64,000 nucleotides of DNA from Takakia lepidozioides (GCA_030704615.1 CM060732.1:14198001-14262000); one strand, 5' to 3'. Shown: positions 35,589 through 48,268, counted from the stretch's first letter. Notes: generated by a model from the letters alone, not told the origin. Translations and numbers: made by a program.

Positions 35589-38584
35589 CTATGACTTGAG
35601 GGGGAGCTTACCGAAGTGAGGTGCGCGACAATGATAGATACGTCTTCCTCTTGGCTGAGCATGCACAACCACTTTCCAATTCCCCCCTCTTGTTTTGTCA
35701 TCGGAGAAGAAAACTTGCTCCATGTCTGAAGGCCGTGAAAAAGGCTCATCGGAGGGACGATGAGTACGGTTGAGCCTATCTGCATTGACACGCATGAAAC
35801 CACAATCATCTTGCACTAGTGTTGCGGAAGGCCCCACAAGATGTGGCTGGAACCACCTTCCCCTGAAGAGAAGAGGCCGGTACCTTGTATACTGAAGTTG
35901 GAGTATGCTCTCAAGCTCTCCAATGTACTCAAGTTTGCTCATAGCAGGTCGTGTATCTCCCTTGCCCCACACGGAGTCTTGCCAATATGTGGCACACAAG
36001 CCAGAATCAAAGGTTGTTCTGCGCTTCATGTCAAGAGCACGAATGCGGAAATGACGACCGTGAACCCAGACCGCCGTGTATGAGGTCGTGAATTGAGAGG
36101 GGCCCCTTGCAATGTCTTGCACCAAATCTGAAACCACCTCTCCTTGAGCAACAGCGTCATAAACTGAAGTCCAAAGCCACTGTTGGAATGAATTTAGAGG
36201 CTGCAATTCCATGGGCAAATTTTGTGAAGGAACATTCCGGCGTTCCGCTCCTCGTCATGCGCGTCTAGTAACTGGCCTTGGATGGTTCCGCCTCCATGCA
36301 AGCGTCTCCTCCTCTCGTTGCTGAACAAGATTATTGTATCTTGCCTCCCACTCATGTATGGATGGGGTGTTCTTCAGTATGAAGTCATGCGCTTGCTCAA
36401 TCACCAAGGTCGGCAATTTTACCCTCTTGATTTTTGGGCAAAACGATGTCCTTGGTTTGTGCATCCTCCTCTTCCTTCCACATCCGAGGGGCTTCCTCAT
36501 CCACCCTTGTCATATACTTTGTGCAATAGAACATAGCTTCTTGCAACGTATACCCCTCCGCCATGCTACCATCCGGGTGCGCCATTTGTTTTACAAATCC
36601 TTTCAAAGTTTTCATATAACGCTCAAGGAAGTACATCCATCCAGAATGAACGGGGCCGGCAATCAAAGCCTCTTCCACTAAGTGCACTACCAAGTGCACT
36701 TGGATGTCAAAGAAGGAGGGAGGAAGGTGCATCTCCAACATACACATTACCTCCGCCGCCTCCTTCTTCATGCGTGGAAAATCCGCTTCCTCCAACTCTT
36801 TGGAGCAAATCCACCGGAACAAGCCTCCCAATCTATAGATTGTCTCACGAACCTCGGGAGTCAATGTCCCACGTACTGCAATGGGCAAGATGTCTTGCAA
36901 TAGATTGTGGTAGTCATGAGACTTCAAACCATGGACGCCGTCTTCTTCGCTGAACTTCGTACGGAGGGATGACCCATAACCAGTTGGTGTTCGGACAGCA
37001 CTTATGGTGGCTATCACTTTCTTGTATTCCTCCTTTGTCCATTGCCAAGGTGCGCGCCTATACTTCCACCATACAACACCCTTTGGGTCCACACCATTTT
37101 GTTCGGCCCATAGATGGCGCATGCGACCCTGCTCCTCAAACTCCTTTCTAACACCAAGAGAATCTCCTTTTGCAGCCACTCCCTTCTTTTGCCGGCGTGC
37201 CATGAAGAACCCAAAAAAGGGACGAGCATACATTCTTCCCAATATGCATGGGATCTAGAAGATAGCGAATCTTCAGGTCCTACATATATCCCCACCCACA
37301 AATACTTACACAAATTTTTTTACGTGAAAGTGACAATGCAACACATACCAAATGTGCAATATCACATGCATGCATAGGGATATTGACGGTGTTTTTGTGG
37401 AATATGTACCGCCCAATATGGCAACTCGTAGAAGATTGAAAGTCGTTTCATGTCGAGCACGTCCACTTCACCGTCCGTGCCCGCATGGGCCCCCTTCCAT
37501 CGGTCCTCCCAAAACTGCCCGGACGGTGTCATGGGGGGGGGGACGTACTTCCTCTTTGCCATCAAACAAGCGTTTCTCTCTTCTTCTCCATCGATGGCTC
37601 ATAGGAAGAAATTTGCGGTAGTTGGGATACACCATCTTGTGAAGATGACGGGAGCTATGTGCATCAAGATCATCGCCACAATGCAAGCATGCATGGTACC
37701 CTTTGGTGCTTGGCCCCGAGCAAACAGTTAGTCCTGTACTACACATACCGTCATATTAGCAAAAACAAAAAGTTGTCATGTGCATGGCCCATAATGCCAT
37801 CTACCCCACTACGGTGCACAAGACTGTCGTCGCTACTTCAATCAATCCCAATCCTCATCGATATTATCCGACATTGACAAGTGAATGTACGCGGGTTGTT
37901 CGTGGGGAACATAATATACCTGGATAATCATGCATTGTCCAAAGCAAGATGTCTCTCATCTGAAAAGATTGTCCGGCCATAGGGTCAAGTAAAGCATCCA
38001 ATGCCGGGACCCCCCTCCATAACTCCTTAAGTTCATCAACAAGAGGTCGCAAGTACGTGTCCATGTTTGCCACTTGTTTTTCCCTATGAGACATTCACAT
38101 CATTGTTTCAATGCTCCACAAATATGCAAATTATACTACAAAATGAATTACACGTCTTACTCCATGATTATGTCACTCATCAATCTTGCATCCGAATTGT
38201 GTCAGAGATCAGAAGTTTAATGTAAACATGAAATGAGTCCACTCACCTGGCACAATGGCAGCCAACATGATATGGCCTTTTTAAATTGAAAGATACGGAG
38301 GGATGTTGTAATTCACCATGGTCACCGGCCAAGTGGAATGACTACATGACTGGACAGAGAATGGGTTGACCCCATCCGAGGAGAAGCCGAGGTGGACATG
38401 TCGTGGGTCCTCCAAGAGAAAAGGCCACATCTCTTCAATATGCCTCCATGCTTGTGAATCTTGTGGCCCGCACACCTTTCCCGGGGGGCTCCGATACGAG
38501 GCGTGCCATCTCATGAGTCTGGCCAATTTGGGGCTTCGGTACTGTGCCCTCAATCGCGGGATGATCGGAAAGTAATGCATTTTC
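35589..38584 (-). pseudogene. CACTA/En-Spm TnpD-like transposase (Transposase_21, DUF4218 and DUF4216-like regions), spliced, 5' exon missing
   Basis: MHYFPIIPRL, HLGFSSDGVNPF, TWPV...YNIPP, YLRPLVDELKELW, LLWTMHDYPG, GYHACLHC, SIFYELPYW, GLKSHDYH, PPSFFDIQVHL, WMYFLERYMKTLK, GSMAEGY and DEPF....EQVFF. Confidence 0.9.
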
Positions 38585-38897
38585 TAGGATGAAATATCCC
38601 ACGCCCCCCACATGTAATCATCCCATTAGCACACATAATACAACACCCTTATGTCTTTCCCTTTATGCAGCCTCTCCCTCATTTGGGCGTGAATGGTCAA
38701 AATCGAACGTCGCTCCTTCCACTCCTCACTCACTCCTTCCAAAACCACAATCAGATCTTGCATGAGTACTACTCTCTAAACCCTAAACTTTGTGGAATAC
38801 ACTTTACATGCATTGAGAAGATTAAAGAAAGTAATCTCCATGCGAGGGGGAATGACGCTTATACCCTGCGTGGTATTTTTTTTTTTCCCTTGGACGC

Positions 38898-41800
38898 TGC
38901 AGGATGGAAAACTGGCACCGAATTTCCATCCTGCAAGTAAGTCGGTCCACCTCATGGATGGAAATCCGGCACCGAATTTGTCTCTACCGGACGACATTGG
39001 TGGGCATAACGTGCCAAAAAGTGGACCGCAGGCGAAAAACTCTAAGTTGAGAGACTGATTAGACAAAAAAACACGAAAAACGAATCAAAATTGTTGATGA
39101 AGGGTCGATACGGGCATCTGTTGATAGATATTCGGCGCCGTTTTTCCATCCGAGGGATGTTCTCTGTCGGCTAGATGTCGGCCTCTCCGCCAATTGAGGT
39201 TCCAGCTTCTTGGTGAGAACGGTGCAACACGGGAGCAAATTTCCAACTTACCGGAGCATGGATTGCATGCATACTTTTGGCTTACCTCGGTTTGTGAGGG
39301 CATTCATACTTGTCACAGTTCATTATTAATAAAAATGTCTCTTTTGAACCAAAGTTCCACTTTTTGTGCAATGTTGCATTTTGTTGAATGTTGACTTTTG
39401 GCAGCGAGGGTCTCACACTCAATCTTGCAATCAGACCCACTGGAATGCCACCTCTGTCAGTTCCCTCTATCCATGGGGAAGGTGCTTATACGCTCGCCCC
39501 CCCACGCTTCTTGTCAAACGCCACAATTATTGGTTTGTGCAGCGCATCTGCACTGTCACATACCTTCTGACTGCATACCGTTGGCAGTTATTGCGCAAAG
39601 GCCAGGGGCCGCATTCCTGGACTACAACAAGTTCGCAATTAAATCCGTTACATGCCTTCCCGCAGACGTCGACGGTAATATCTTCTTTGAGTTCCCTCCT
39701 CGAACGAACTATTCGAGGGCGTCCGGAATGTTGATAGATATGGATGGGAAATATGACGGTCATCCTTGGTACATCACCAAAACCACCAGCATGAAGATGC
39801 TCAATGGTGTGCGGGTGCGCTATGTTGTTTGTGCGGGCGCGTTGCGGTGTTTCTCCCCAACTTGCTTCCACTTTAAATCCAGAGGTCACAGGAACGAGAC
39901 AGATTGGACAGACCTGTCATCAACCATTTCGAGCTCAGGAGAAGGTTCCAAACTCCACATTTAAGTGTGCACATTGCAAAGAACCACCACATTGCATGTC
40001 TGTTTACAATGCCAAGCAGTTCTATGTGTTGCACCGTTTCTCTGACCTCACACGAGCTTGCATACACGTTGGTTCCCATTGTTACAAATTGACGAGGGGT
40101 AACTCGCGGGAGGCTGCCCACAAGGCAGAGCAGCTCGTTCAGGAGGAGATTAAGTTGAGACCTGGTGCCAAACCCAAACAGATACAGCTGCAGGCCACCC
40201 ATAAGATGGCATTGGCCAGAATTATGTCGGAAGATGGCTCCGACAGAGTTCCTCTCGATGAGAAGGAAATGGAGGCATTGCTGGAGTCGTGTTCCACGTC
40301 TGTTCACCGAATGTCCGAAACCACATTGTCTCCTGCAAACAGAGAATTGGGCGTGGCTCGGATATGCACTCCATTCTGGAGGTGAAGCGACAATGTGGAT
40401 ATGACTACATTCATGGAAGTAGATTTCCAGGACAAGAACTGAGACAGATCGCTATTTCGTATTCAAAATGTCAATGTGTGGGCCTGGCAGCGGCGTCAAA
40501 CTGGTCCACCAGATGACGAGTGGGGACTTGTCAAACAGTTGGGTCATGTTTGACCATATCAAGCGAATTACAAATCACCAGTGGGTGACAATGGGTGCAC
40601 ATGTCTACGACACCCACTGCAGGATGCTAATGACAATTGTTATTTGTGAGATGAAAGGAGAGGACACACAATCGGAGATGCTTCTTTGGTAGGGAATAAA
40701 CAAACAGATGGCCAGGGCAGGATTTCCCCCTCCCAATTTCCATGGTTTCATGGCGGACAACGCACAAGCAAATTGGGCTGCCATCCGAATCGTGTACGGG
40801 GAAGACCCCAATGTTCCGATGAAAAGCAAGGAGAGATCTTGTGGGTTCCATTTTCTGCAGAGCTTGTCGCAGTACACAACCAGGCTTGTTGCGCCAGATT
40901 TAAGAGAGGAGCACCGTTCCATGTGTCTTGCGTGGAAGCGTGCTCCCACCTTGGATGATGCAGAGACACAGTTTGCATGTGTACGGGCTTGGTGGACAAC
41001 GTCAGGTGCTGTAAAGAAATCAGACGAGGGAGCAATGGTCAGTTGGCTAGCATGGTGGCATTATCGTTTCCTCCAGTTCGGCGACTATATGCGGGAGGTG
41101 AGTTGCACGAATTCGCGTCCCGTTGAATATTATGCTAGCTACTCATTATTTGTAATTTGCTTGTAACCTGAACATGTGCATGTGCAGGAAATGTGTCTCG
41201 ACTCCGACACCGACATGCCGACAACAAACATGGCCGAATCAGTACATTCTTCCTGGCGTGCCTCCTCTGCGGCGCATCTGGTGGACATCCTCACTGCCAC
41301 AACGGAGGACATTGTGAGGTCAATTATGCAGCAATGCAAGTACAACGAGTTCTTGAAAGGGAAACAGTGGGGCTTGGGGCTGGACAGGCAGGAAATGCTG
41401 ATGCGGACTGCCTCCAGATTGAAGAATCCTCGCAAGTGGGCGGCAACCTTGCGAGAGGGCCTTTGGGACACGCCATTGCTTCGAAGTGGCCAACACTTAG
41501 AAGGAGATGTTTACACCCGTCCAGTGAGACGAAGACTTGACGAGGCACTTGGCGGAGAAGAGGATTCATGGCGAGCTGACAAGAATATTCGCACGCTCCC
41601 TCGTGGTCCCGTGATGTTGCCCTAGGAGGTCTCGTCGAGCACCGCAAGTCCGATGTCTGAAAAAAATGGCGCCGAATCTCCAGTTACATGGCCCAAGAAT
41701 TGCCCAACATCTGTGCAATCCCCGACACCATGTACCGAAATTCGGCGCCACATTTCCAAATTTTGGGCTTACACACCTGCCATGTTGGGACCTATAGCCG

Positions 41801-42137
41801 CGAAATTCGGCACCATTTTTCGCCAGAGACACCTACTACCGCGAAATACGTTGCAGATTTCTCCGGTTGCGGAACCTATTACCGCGAAATTCGGCACCAT
41901 TTTTGCAAATGTCGCTCGGAATTTGCATGAGCGGAAGACGAAATATCATGAGCACGGCTCTCAAAACTACAATTTTTACTTCAATCAATAAATATTATAT
42001 TGGTTTTTTCTGACACATTCCATTAAAAATAATGTTTTTTAATGTTTTTTATTTCCAAAATTTGTACTACTGCTCATGAAAACCGATTGTCTTGCTACTC
42101 CACTCATGCCGCTCATGCTCATGAAATAGCTAACCTC
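38898..42137 (+). mobile_element. Diverged MULE relative (copy 3): GCM-DDE transposase ~39560-41625, SWIM part lost, own terminus
   Basis: Same motifs (YDGHPW, CAGALRC, FDHIKR, FMADNAQ, CGFHF, NMAESVH). Intron 41098-41187. Terminus ...CTCATGAAATAGCTAACCTC at 42137. Variant palindromes GAAATTCGGCRCC flank the gene. Confidence 0.8.
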
Positions 42138-45118
42138 GATTTGTTGACTTGTGATGGAACAAAAAGAAAGAAAACCATGCATAAAGCAGCTGGTTTCTTA
42201 CACATGTAACACCTTGAATAAACTAGTTTTAGTTTGGGGTCTATGCTCAATACATACCCCAATCACACCATTAAGGTTGATATACTTGTTTTGGATACCC
42301 AGTTTGTCTAAAGGTAGCCTGATAATCCTTTTCATGACATCTTCCGAAGGATTGGCATATGAGTAGGGAGAGTTTGCCCTTTTGGAGAGGAGTCTGGTAT
42401 GCACTCCCTTACGGGGTGAGTGCATACCACACTCACTCCGTAAGGGCCTGCCATACCAGGGGTTGGATGGTGGGATTCCCTATCTCTCCCTCTGGGCACT
42501 GGGCTTATGGAATTGTTGTCCCGACTTCCATCCTTGAGGAAAAAGGAAAAAATTGCAAAATTGGGTTGCAGGGAATTTTGGATACTTTTTTTTAATCCAA
42601 AATCATTTTTTAATTATTTTAGTGAAATATTTCTTCACTAAAAAACGTGTGAGTTGCAAAACTCCCGTCAGTTTCTACTTTTTCAATCCAACCTGGATGA
42701 AAAAATGACTTCATCTGACAGGACCTAAACATAATTTTATTTATTTTTTACAAAAAACCCCCCATGTTTTTCATCTAACCTAGATGAAATACGGACTACA
42801 TCCGTTGAAGTGCAAGACACGATGAAAGCACGATGTCTTTCATCTTCCACGAATGAGAAACGGACTACGTCTGTCGGGCGGACAGACTGGCGGATGTTTT
42901 TCATCCTGAGAAGGATGAATGACGGGTCAGACAGGGGAAAACCCTGCGCAACCCTAATGTCTTTCTTTTTGCGCTGCGAGAGCGCGCGCGATGGCGGCTT
43001 GTGAGGAGCGATGGTGCTCGTGCTGCAGATACCTTGAGCTGCCAATCCTTGAGTGTTTATAGCTCATGTGAGCGACACCTAGGCGGGCTCTTTAAGGCGA
43101 TGGCGGTGGCTTAGTGATGAGGGAAGATTTCCCTGTCTCAGTTGTCTGTTTTTTTGCTGCACAAGGGAACCGCGGCACTGATGGCGGAGGCACCACTTGC
43201 ATGCATAGGACGTTTCCCTAGGAGCCCTCCTCTGGATCTTTGATGAATGGCGGCACAAGGAAGTCTCTCTCCCTCCCTTTATAAACCCTACCTTTTGAAA
43301 CCAAGCTCTTTTTTTCTTGTGCTTGGCAAGACCTTGCTTTGGTTAAGGTAGCAGTGTTGTGGTGCTGGCGGAGTCCTCCTTGCACGGTTAAGCTTGTGGA
43401 GAGATGGCGACTCTCCCCCAAACAGTAAAAGGTTTTTTTTCTATTGGTTTTGCTTCCTTGCTTGTTTTGGCATTCTCTGCAGTTAGATTGAAGTGTATTT
43501 GACCTCGATAGCAAGTGTGGAAGCCTGCTACTCACCTCGTGCATCCTCACTAACTCACAATGCGTTGTGGTTGTTTTTGGGACGGGCACAGGTGAGGGCT
43601 TCCACTTAATATTTTGATGTCTAGGTGCTGCTGGATGCCAAGTGGGATTGCATAGCAGGGGAAGGAATCGTTTGCCAGGGACTCATCCTAAAATGTTGAA
43701 AAACTAAACTACTCTATGGTTTTTCTTGATCCTACCTCTTTCCTTCCTTGATTTTTGAAGAACAATTGTAATGCTTTCTATGATGGGCTAGTTCGGCCCA
43801 GCCAGTGGAAAACTTCTGTTCTGATGTGTTAGCTGGGTTTATGATGGCTTGTGTGAGAGACACACATCTGTTTTCTAGGCCCTAGGTTGCTTTGCTTACC
43901 TTATGGTAGTTGGAAACAAATTGAGAGCCTGCAAGGAACTGTTTGCTGCAGCTACTCGGGTACCTCTGTTGATAAAAGGCCCCTGTTATGTTCCAACCCA
44001 GATGGCTTTGTTAGCTAGATGCTTAGGCCAGGGTATGGTGAAGTTTCTGCCTGTGGCTATTCGGCTGACACTGAAATATGGCAGTAATATAAATGGTAAC
44101 TGGTTTTTGAGGCAGCCAGGGTGGTCAAGTCGAAATACCCCCTGGACATGGTGTAATGACATGGTCAAATGTGGAATGATGTGAAGGGTGTACTGACAGT
44201 ATCATATACTGTCACATGATGTGTATGCAGTCCTTTATATTTACCTTGTTGTGTCATGAGCTCTGATTTTCAGCTGTAGCAAGAAATAAAGGTATAGGTG
44301 TGTTCTGGAAAACTTACTAGACATATCCACATCCCCTGTGGGGACAAGCTGTAGTGCACACCAGTCTAAAACAAATACTGACAAGGCAAGGTATTTAAAC
44401 CTGTGATATCCAAGTGTTCCTTTATTTTCTAAGAAAACCCTCCATGACACCCATGGGGTTTTAGTAAGTATGCTTGGATTACAGCTTGCAGACAATAAAT
44501 TTGTATGACTATGTGACTTGCACCACATGAAGGCCAAAATATGGCCAAGTACCCGCCATCCCACCCAGACCTCTGTAAGTGTATCATGATCTTGACTGGT
44601 GGTCAATCAACATCAGTGGCATACTCTCTGGATTATGAATAATACTGACATGAACACATTACTATGCATGGATGCAATTCTGGATTTTCTAAGCTTGATG
44701 ATTGATGGATGGTGCCACTGTTAAGTGGCTGATATGTCTATTTATTCTTTCATGACAACGACCCTAGGGGTCCTGTCTTTGTCTTGACATGACAAAAAAT
44801 ATCTTCCCTCTCTTTTTTGCTGTTCACAAAAGTAAACAAACCACAAGGGAGAGAGGGTGCAGGTTAAAAGATTGTACTCATAAGACGTTGTTTGCCGTAG
44901 CCTTGTGGCCAAGGGATTTCTGGAGGATATCTGGAAAACCTTGATTAATTCTATATATGAAGGTAAGTCTTACTACCAACGTCAACCCCTGACATAGGTA
45001 GGTTCTGTCCCTTTTGTTTCCGCTCAAACGGTCACTGGACCCCCCAACCCACCACAGACAGTAAATGTCAGGCATATCTACTCCTTAACTCGCACACATT
45101 CCCAACAGGTTCACACCT

Positions 45119-48100
45119 GTGAGTTCTATTGATCATAAACCTATACCAGATCACAAAACAATGTCACGGAGGTGCTTTAGGGAGAAGAACCACACCAGTG
45201 AAGTCCCTGCAATGCTTCCTCGAGTTCTCAACTTGAACAAAACAAGGCAGCAAGTAGAGTGTTGCACTGCATGTCCATCAAGACAGAATCAGATCCGAAG
45301 TGAAAAGAATCACCGGCTGGGGCTGCAAATGGGAACATGTGGAATGCAAGATTCAGGCTGTGAAATGTTGGAACAATGGGAGTCGAAGAGCAGCAGAAGG
45401 ATGGAGTTCGAATGTGTAAGTCCTCTTGGCACAAACGTTGTGAATGTGTTTTGTGATGTAGAGGAAGAGATCATGGAAGACATCTTTTGTTCAATAGAGG
45501 ATCAATCAGGTGTCAATGAAGAGTGTGCACCTAGATTGCAAGTTCCTGTGCAGATCCTAAGGTCTTCTACAAAGGCACATGTAGATCAAGACATGCTTGG
45601 GGAGTATGGGCATAGTGTCACCAACTCGCCAAGGATTGGTGGTACAACCTGTGAAGTGAGTGTCTTGAGAGACGAAGATGACAAGGAGTCTTGGGCAGAT
45701 CTGATGGGATGGGTAGAGGAAGAGTGTACATTGCTCGCTCAAACGAGAAAGGGTCTGGATCAAGATGCACCTCTGGAATCAGACATAAAGGATGCACAGT
45801 TGGAGATAGAGCAAGACATGCGGAAAAAATGTGGAACCAAGCAAGAGTTAGAAGCAAGGGATGATTGTCTTGATCATGATACCGCCACCACACCAATATA
45901 CAGAAATCTTGATGTCATCAACGACAACGTGCAAGGGTTGTGTGGTCAAAATTTATTGAGTGAAGAAGAGTTCAGAAGTAGGAAGTTTCAGTTGGACGAC
46001 CAATGCTATGTAGATGGGCAGGTCACTGCCTTTTGTTCATCCAAGAAGGGTCATATGGAGTGTAAAGAAAGACACACATGTGGACACCAATTGGGAATGG
46101 GAGGAGTGAGATGTGCGCAATGCAAGACAAAGGAGGACAATGAACCTGAATACAAAAGGAGTTCGGAACACTCAAGTAAAGGAGGACATACGACCAATAT
46201 AGCACATGAGAAGGATGACAAGGAAGATGGTATGTCCAAGTGGATGTTGGTTGAGTGCACAAGAGACATCAGCTTGCATGACAACTTGGGATCAGATGTA
46301 AGTCCGCTGAAATCACCAGTTCGTGCCAAAAGCCAGAGTGTCTCTCCAGCCCTTGAAACTGTAGATGTTGATACAAGGATACTTGAATTCCCACCCACAA
46401 AACAAAGGATGGGAGATTTGAGTACCGTTCACAAGAAAGATTTGAAATCTTCTCACGGTTCAACACTCTTGTTGTGGAAAATGGGGAAACTAGCAGCAAA
46501 GTTTGACTCTCTTAGAGAGATGCATCTTGGGATGGAGAGGATGCATAGGGATCAGAAAGAGAAGGTTGGCCTTTCTGCTGAGAAAACCCTGGTTGACCTG
46601 ATAACGTTCAGAGGTCAGCCAATGAACTGTGCCCAGCAAAGTGTATGGGATCCGGGTACACGAGGAGATCTGAGAATGCTCAGTGCAAACTCAAGCATTG
46701 AAGTGAAGGAGCTGCATGTCTTGTGTGGGAGGCAGCTCAATACAAGTCACGTCTCCGTAGAGAGTAATCTGCAGCCTATGGAGCTGAAAAAGCAAGAGCA
46801 GAGCAGCTCTGGAACAGCCGCTCCACTAAGTGACAGTTTAATTGAGGAAAGAAGTGGAGAAGGTCGTGAAAAGGGTGACTCGGTGGTGCTGTATGAAGGA
46901 GAGATGAAGGTAAGAGAGCTTGTTGTTCAGAGTGATGTGCAGACTGGAAGTACTCATAGTTGGAGTCTGGGATTGGAGGAGGAAGGTTCAAGGACGAGAC
47001 CTCAGAAACCAGAAATGCAGGACACTATAGCATTGTTGGACAAAACATTCATGGCAAAGGGAAGGCCAAGAAGATCATTACACTTTGTCACTGAAGTCAA
47101 GAATGGAGATAAAGCAACGATGCAGGCTGAGTGCCATCATCCCCAAGCATACCTAGATCATTGGCATCACACGGGTGCTAATGGCCTTGAAGAGTGCTTT
47201 GACATTGTAACTGAAGGAGCTAAGGCTATGCCAGCAGATGCAATTCAGAGAGGCAATGAGCTTTCTACAGATGCTGGAGATGAAGGAGAGAAGCCCAAAC
47301 AGGTGACGTTCCTGTGTGTGTTGAATGCATGTGCGAACCTGACAGACCTGGTAAGAGTCGAAGAGGTCCATGATGACAGTATCAAATCTGGTATTGCACC
47401 AGATATCATTATGGATACTTCCATTGTTGACAGGTATGCCAAACGTGGAAGCATGAAGGGTGCACAACACATGTGTGACAATATGTCTCACAGAAAAGTG
47501 GGGTCATGGAGAGAAATGATTGCAGGTTATGCACAGCATGGCTCTGAAGGACAGACCCCACAACTGTCTCAACAAATGGAGCAGGAAGGAAATGAGGCAG
47601 CACGAAAGGTGCGAATGTCGATGGGAGCACAAGTGATAGCTGAGATTCAAAACAAGGAGCCAGGGAGCAACAACAAAATTGGGAAACGCTGGTTTGTAGG
47701 GGAAGGAGATCAGGACCTGCCTGGCATGAACTACAAGAAGAGGAAGAAGGTATTGTCACAAATTGGAATTGCTCTAGCCGGCGGAAAAGATGGACCGTCG
47801 GGACGCTGTCACTTGAACAGAAAGGGCTGGACGACGATGCAAGCTCAGGGATGGAGCACGAAAATTATGGCCAAGGAGGAAGGCCATGAAATTGGCATGA
47901 TAAGCTACATGGAAACCAGATGGTGGTGTCAGCTTGAGAACAACACTGCTTGCACCAGCCAGACAGAAGTGGCCTTGAAGATTATGAGCAGAGAGGGGCT
48001 TTCTTTTGCTGAAGGCCAAGGCAAGACAATCAGAAACAATATCACAGACGGACCTCTCCAAGATAGCTGGAGCAGAAACAGAAAGGGAATCAACACAATG

Positions 48101-48268
48101 TACCTGTTGGGAGTACCTTATGATCCTGGAAGGGAAGCTGGCCGATGGTGCAGGCTGAAAGATAAAGCAGGCAGGGAATGGGTAAGAGGTAGGCACGACT
48201 TGAAACCTTTCATATCACCAGTAGGTGTTCAGCTGGTGAAGGTGGTCAGTGAGGACCCTGACACTTAA
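45119..48268 (+). CDS. 1049-codon ORF, internal region of LTR element X: degenerate gag/pol-like sequence with an embedded PLS-PPR fragment
   Basis: Uninterrupted ORF ending at the PPT. It has a knuckle-like FCSSKKGHMEC, VWDPG/PYDPG and ..DLKPF remnants, but no recognisable RT or integrase catalytic motifs. Confidence 0.55.
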   Translation: MSSIDHKPIPDHKTMSRRCFREKNHTSEVPAMLPRVLNLNKTRQQVECCTACPSRQNQIRSEKNHRLGLQMGTCGMQDSGCEMLEQWESKSSRRMEFECVSPLGTNVVNVFCDVEEEIMEDIFCSIEDQSGVNEECAPRLQVPVQILRSSTKAHVDQDMLGEYGHSVTNSPRIGGTTCEVSVLRDEDDKESWADLMGWVEEECTLLAQTRKGLDQDAPLESDIKDAQLEIEQDMRKKCGTKQELEARDDCLDHDTATTPIYRNLDVINDNVQGLCGQNLLSEEEFRSRKFQLDDQCYVDGQVTAFCSSKKGHMECKERHTCGHQLGMGGVRCAQCKTKEDNEPEYKRSSEHSSKGGHTTNIAHEKDDKEDGMSKWMLVECTRDISLHDNLGSDVSPLKSPVRAKSQSVSPALETVDVDTRILEFPPTKQRMGDLSTVHKKDLKSSHGSTLLLWKMGKLAAKFDSLREMHLGMERMHRDQKEKVGLSAEKTLVDLITFRGQPMNCAQQSVWDPGTRGDLRMLSANSSIEVKELHVLCGRQLNTSHVSVESNLQPMELKKQEQSSSGTAAPLSDSLIEERSGEGREKGDSVVLYEGEMKVRELVVQSDVQTGSTHSWSLGLEEEGSRTRPQKPEMQDTIALLDKTFMAKGRPRRSLHFVTEVKNGDKATMQAECHHPQAYLDHWHHTGANGLEECFDIVTEGAKAMPADAIQRGNELSTDAGDEGEKPKQVTFLCVLNACANLTDLVRVEEVHDDSIKSGIAPDIIMDTSIVDRYAKRGSMKGAQHMCDNMSHRKVGSWREMIAGYAQHGSEGQTPQLSQQMEQEGNEAARKVRMSMGAQVIAEIQNKEPGSNNKIGKRWFVGEGDQDLPGMNYKKRKKVLSQIGIALAGGKDGPSGRCHLNRKGWTTMQAQGWSTKIMAKEEGHEIGMISYMETRWWCQLENNTACTSQTEVALKIMSREGLSFAEGQGKTIRNNITDGPLQDSWSRNRKGINTMYLLGVPYDPGREAGRWCRLKDKAGREWVRGRHDLKPFISPVGVQLVKVVSEDPDT
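47283..47590 (+). pseudogene. Captured PLS-class pentatricopeptide repeat fragment (about 3 motifs)
   Basis: EGEKPKQVTFLCVLNACA...VH....KSGIAPDIIMDTSIVDRYAKRGSM..A....D.M..R.V.SW..MIAGYAQHG......L..QM.QEG. Confidence 0.85.

Noticed and set aside
38776-38788. Telomere-like CTAAACCCTAAAC
   Set aside because: Fewer than two units. It could be a telo-box or chance, and is not a telomeric array.
43170-43680. Possible spliced host gene (GT-AG pattern, DLDSKCGSL resembling PPR)
   Set aside because: Stops occur in the candidate exons and no convincing domain is present. Too weak to call.
47283-47590. Functional host PPR gene
   Set aside because: Only about three degenerate motifs inside an LTR element, with no E/DYW domain or targeting context.
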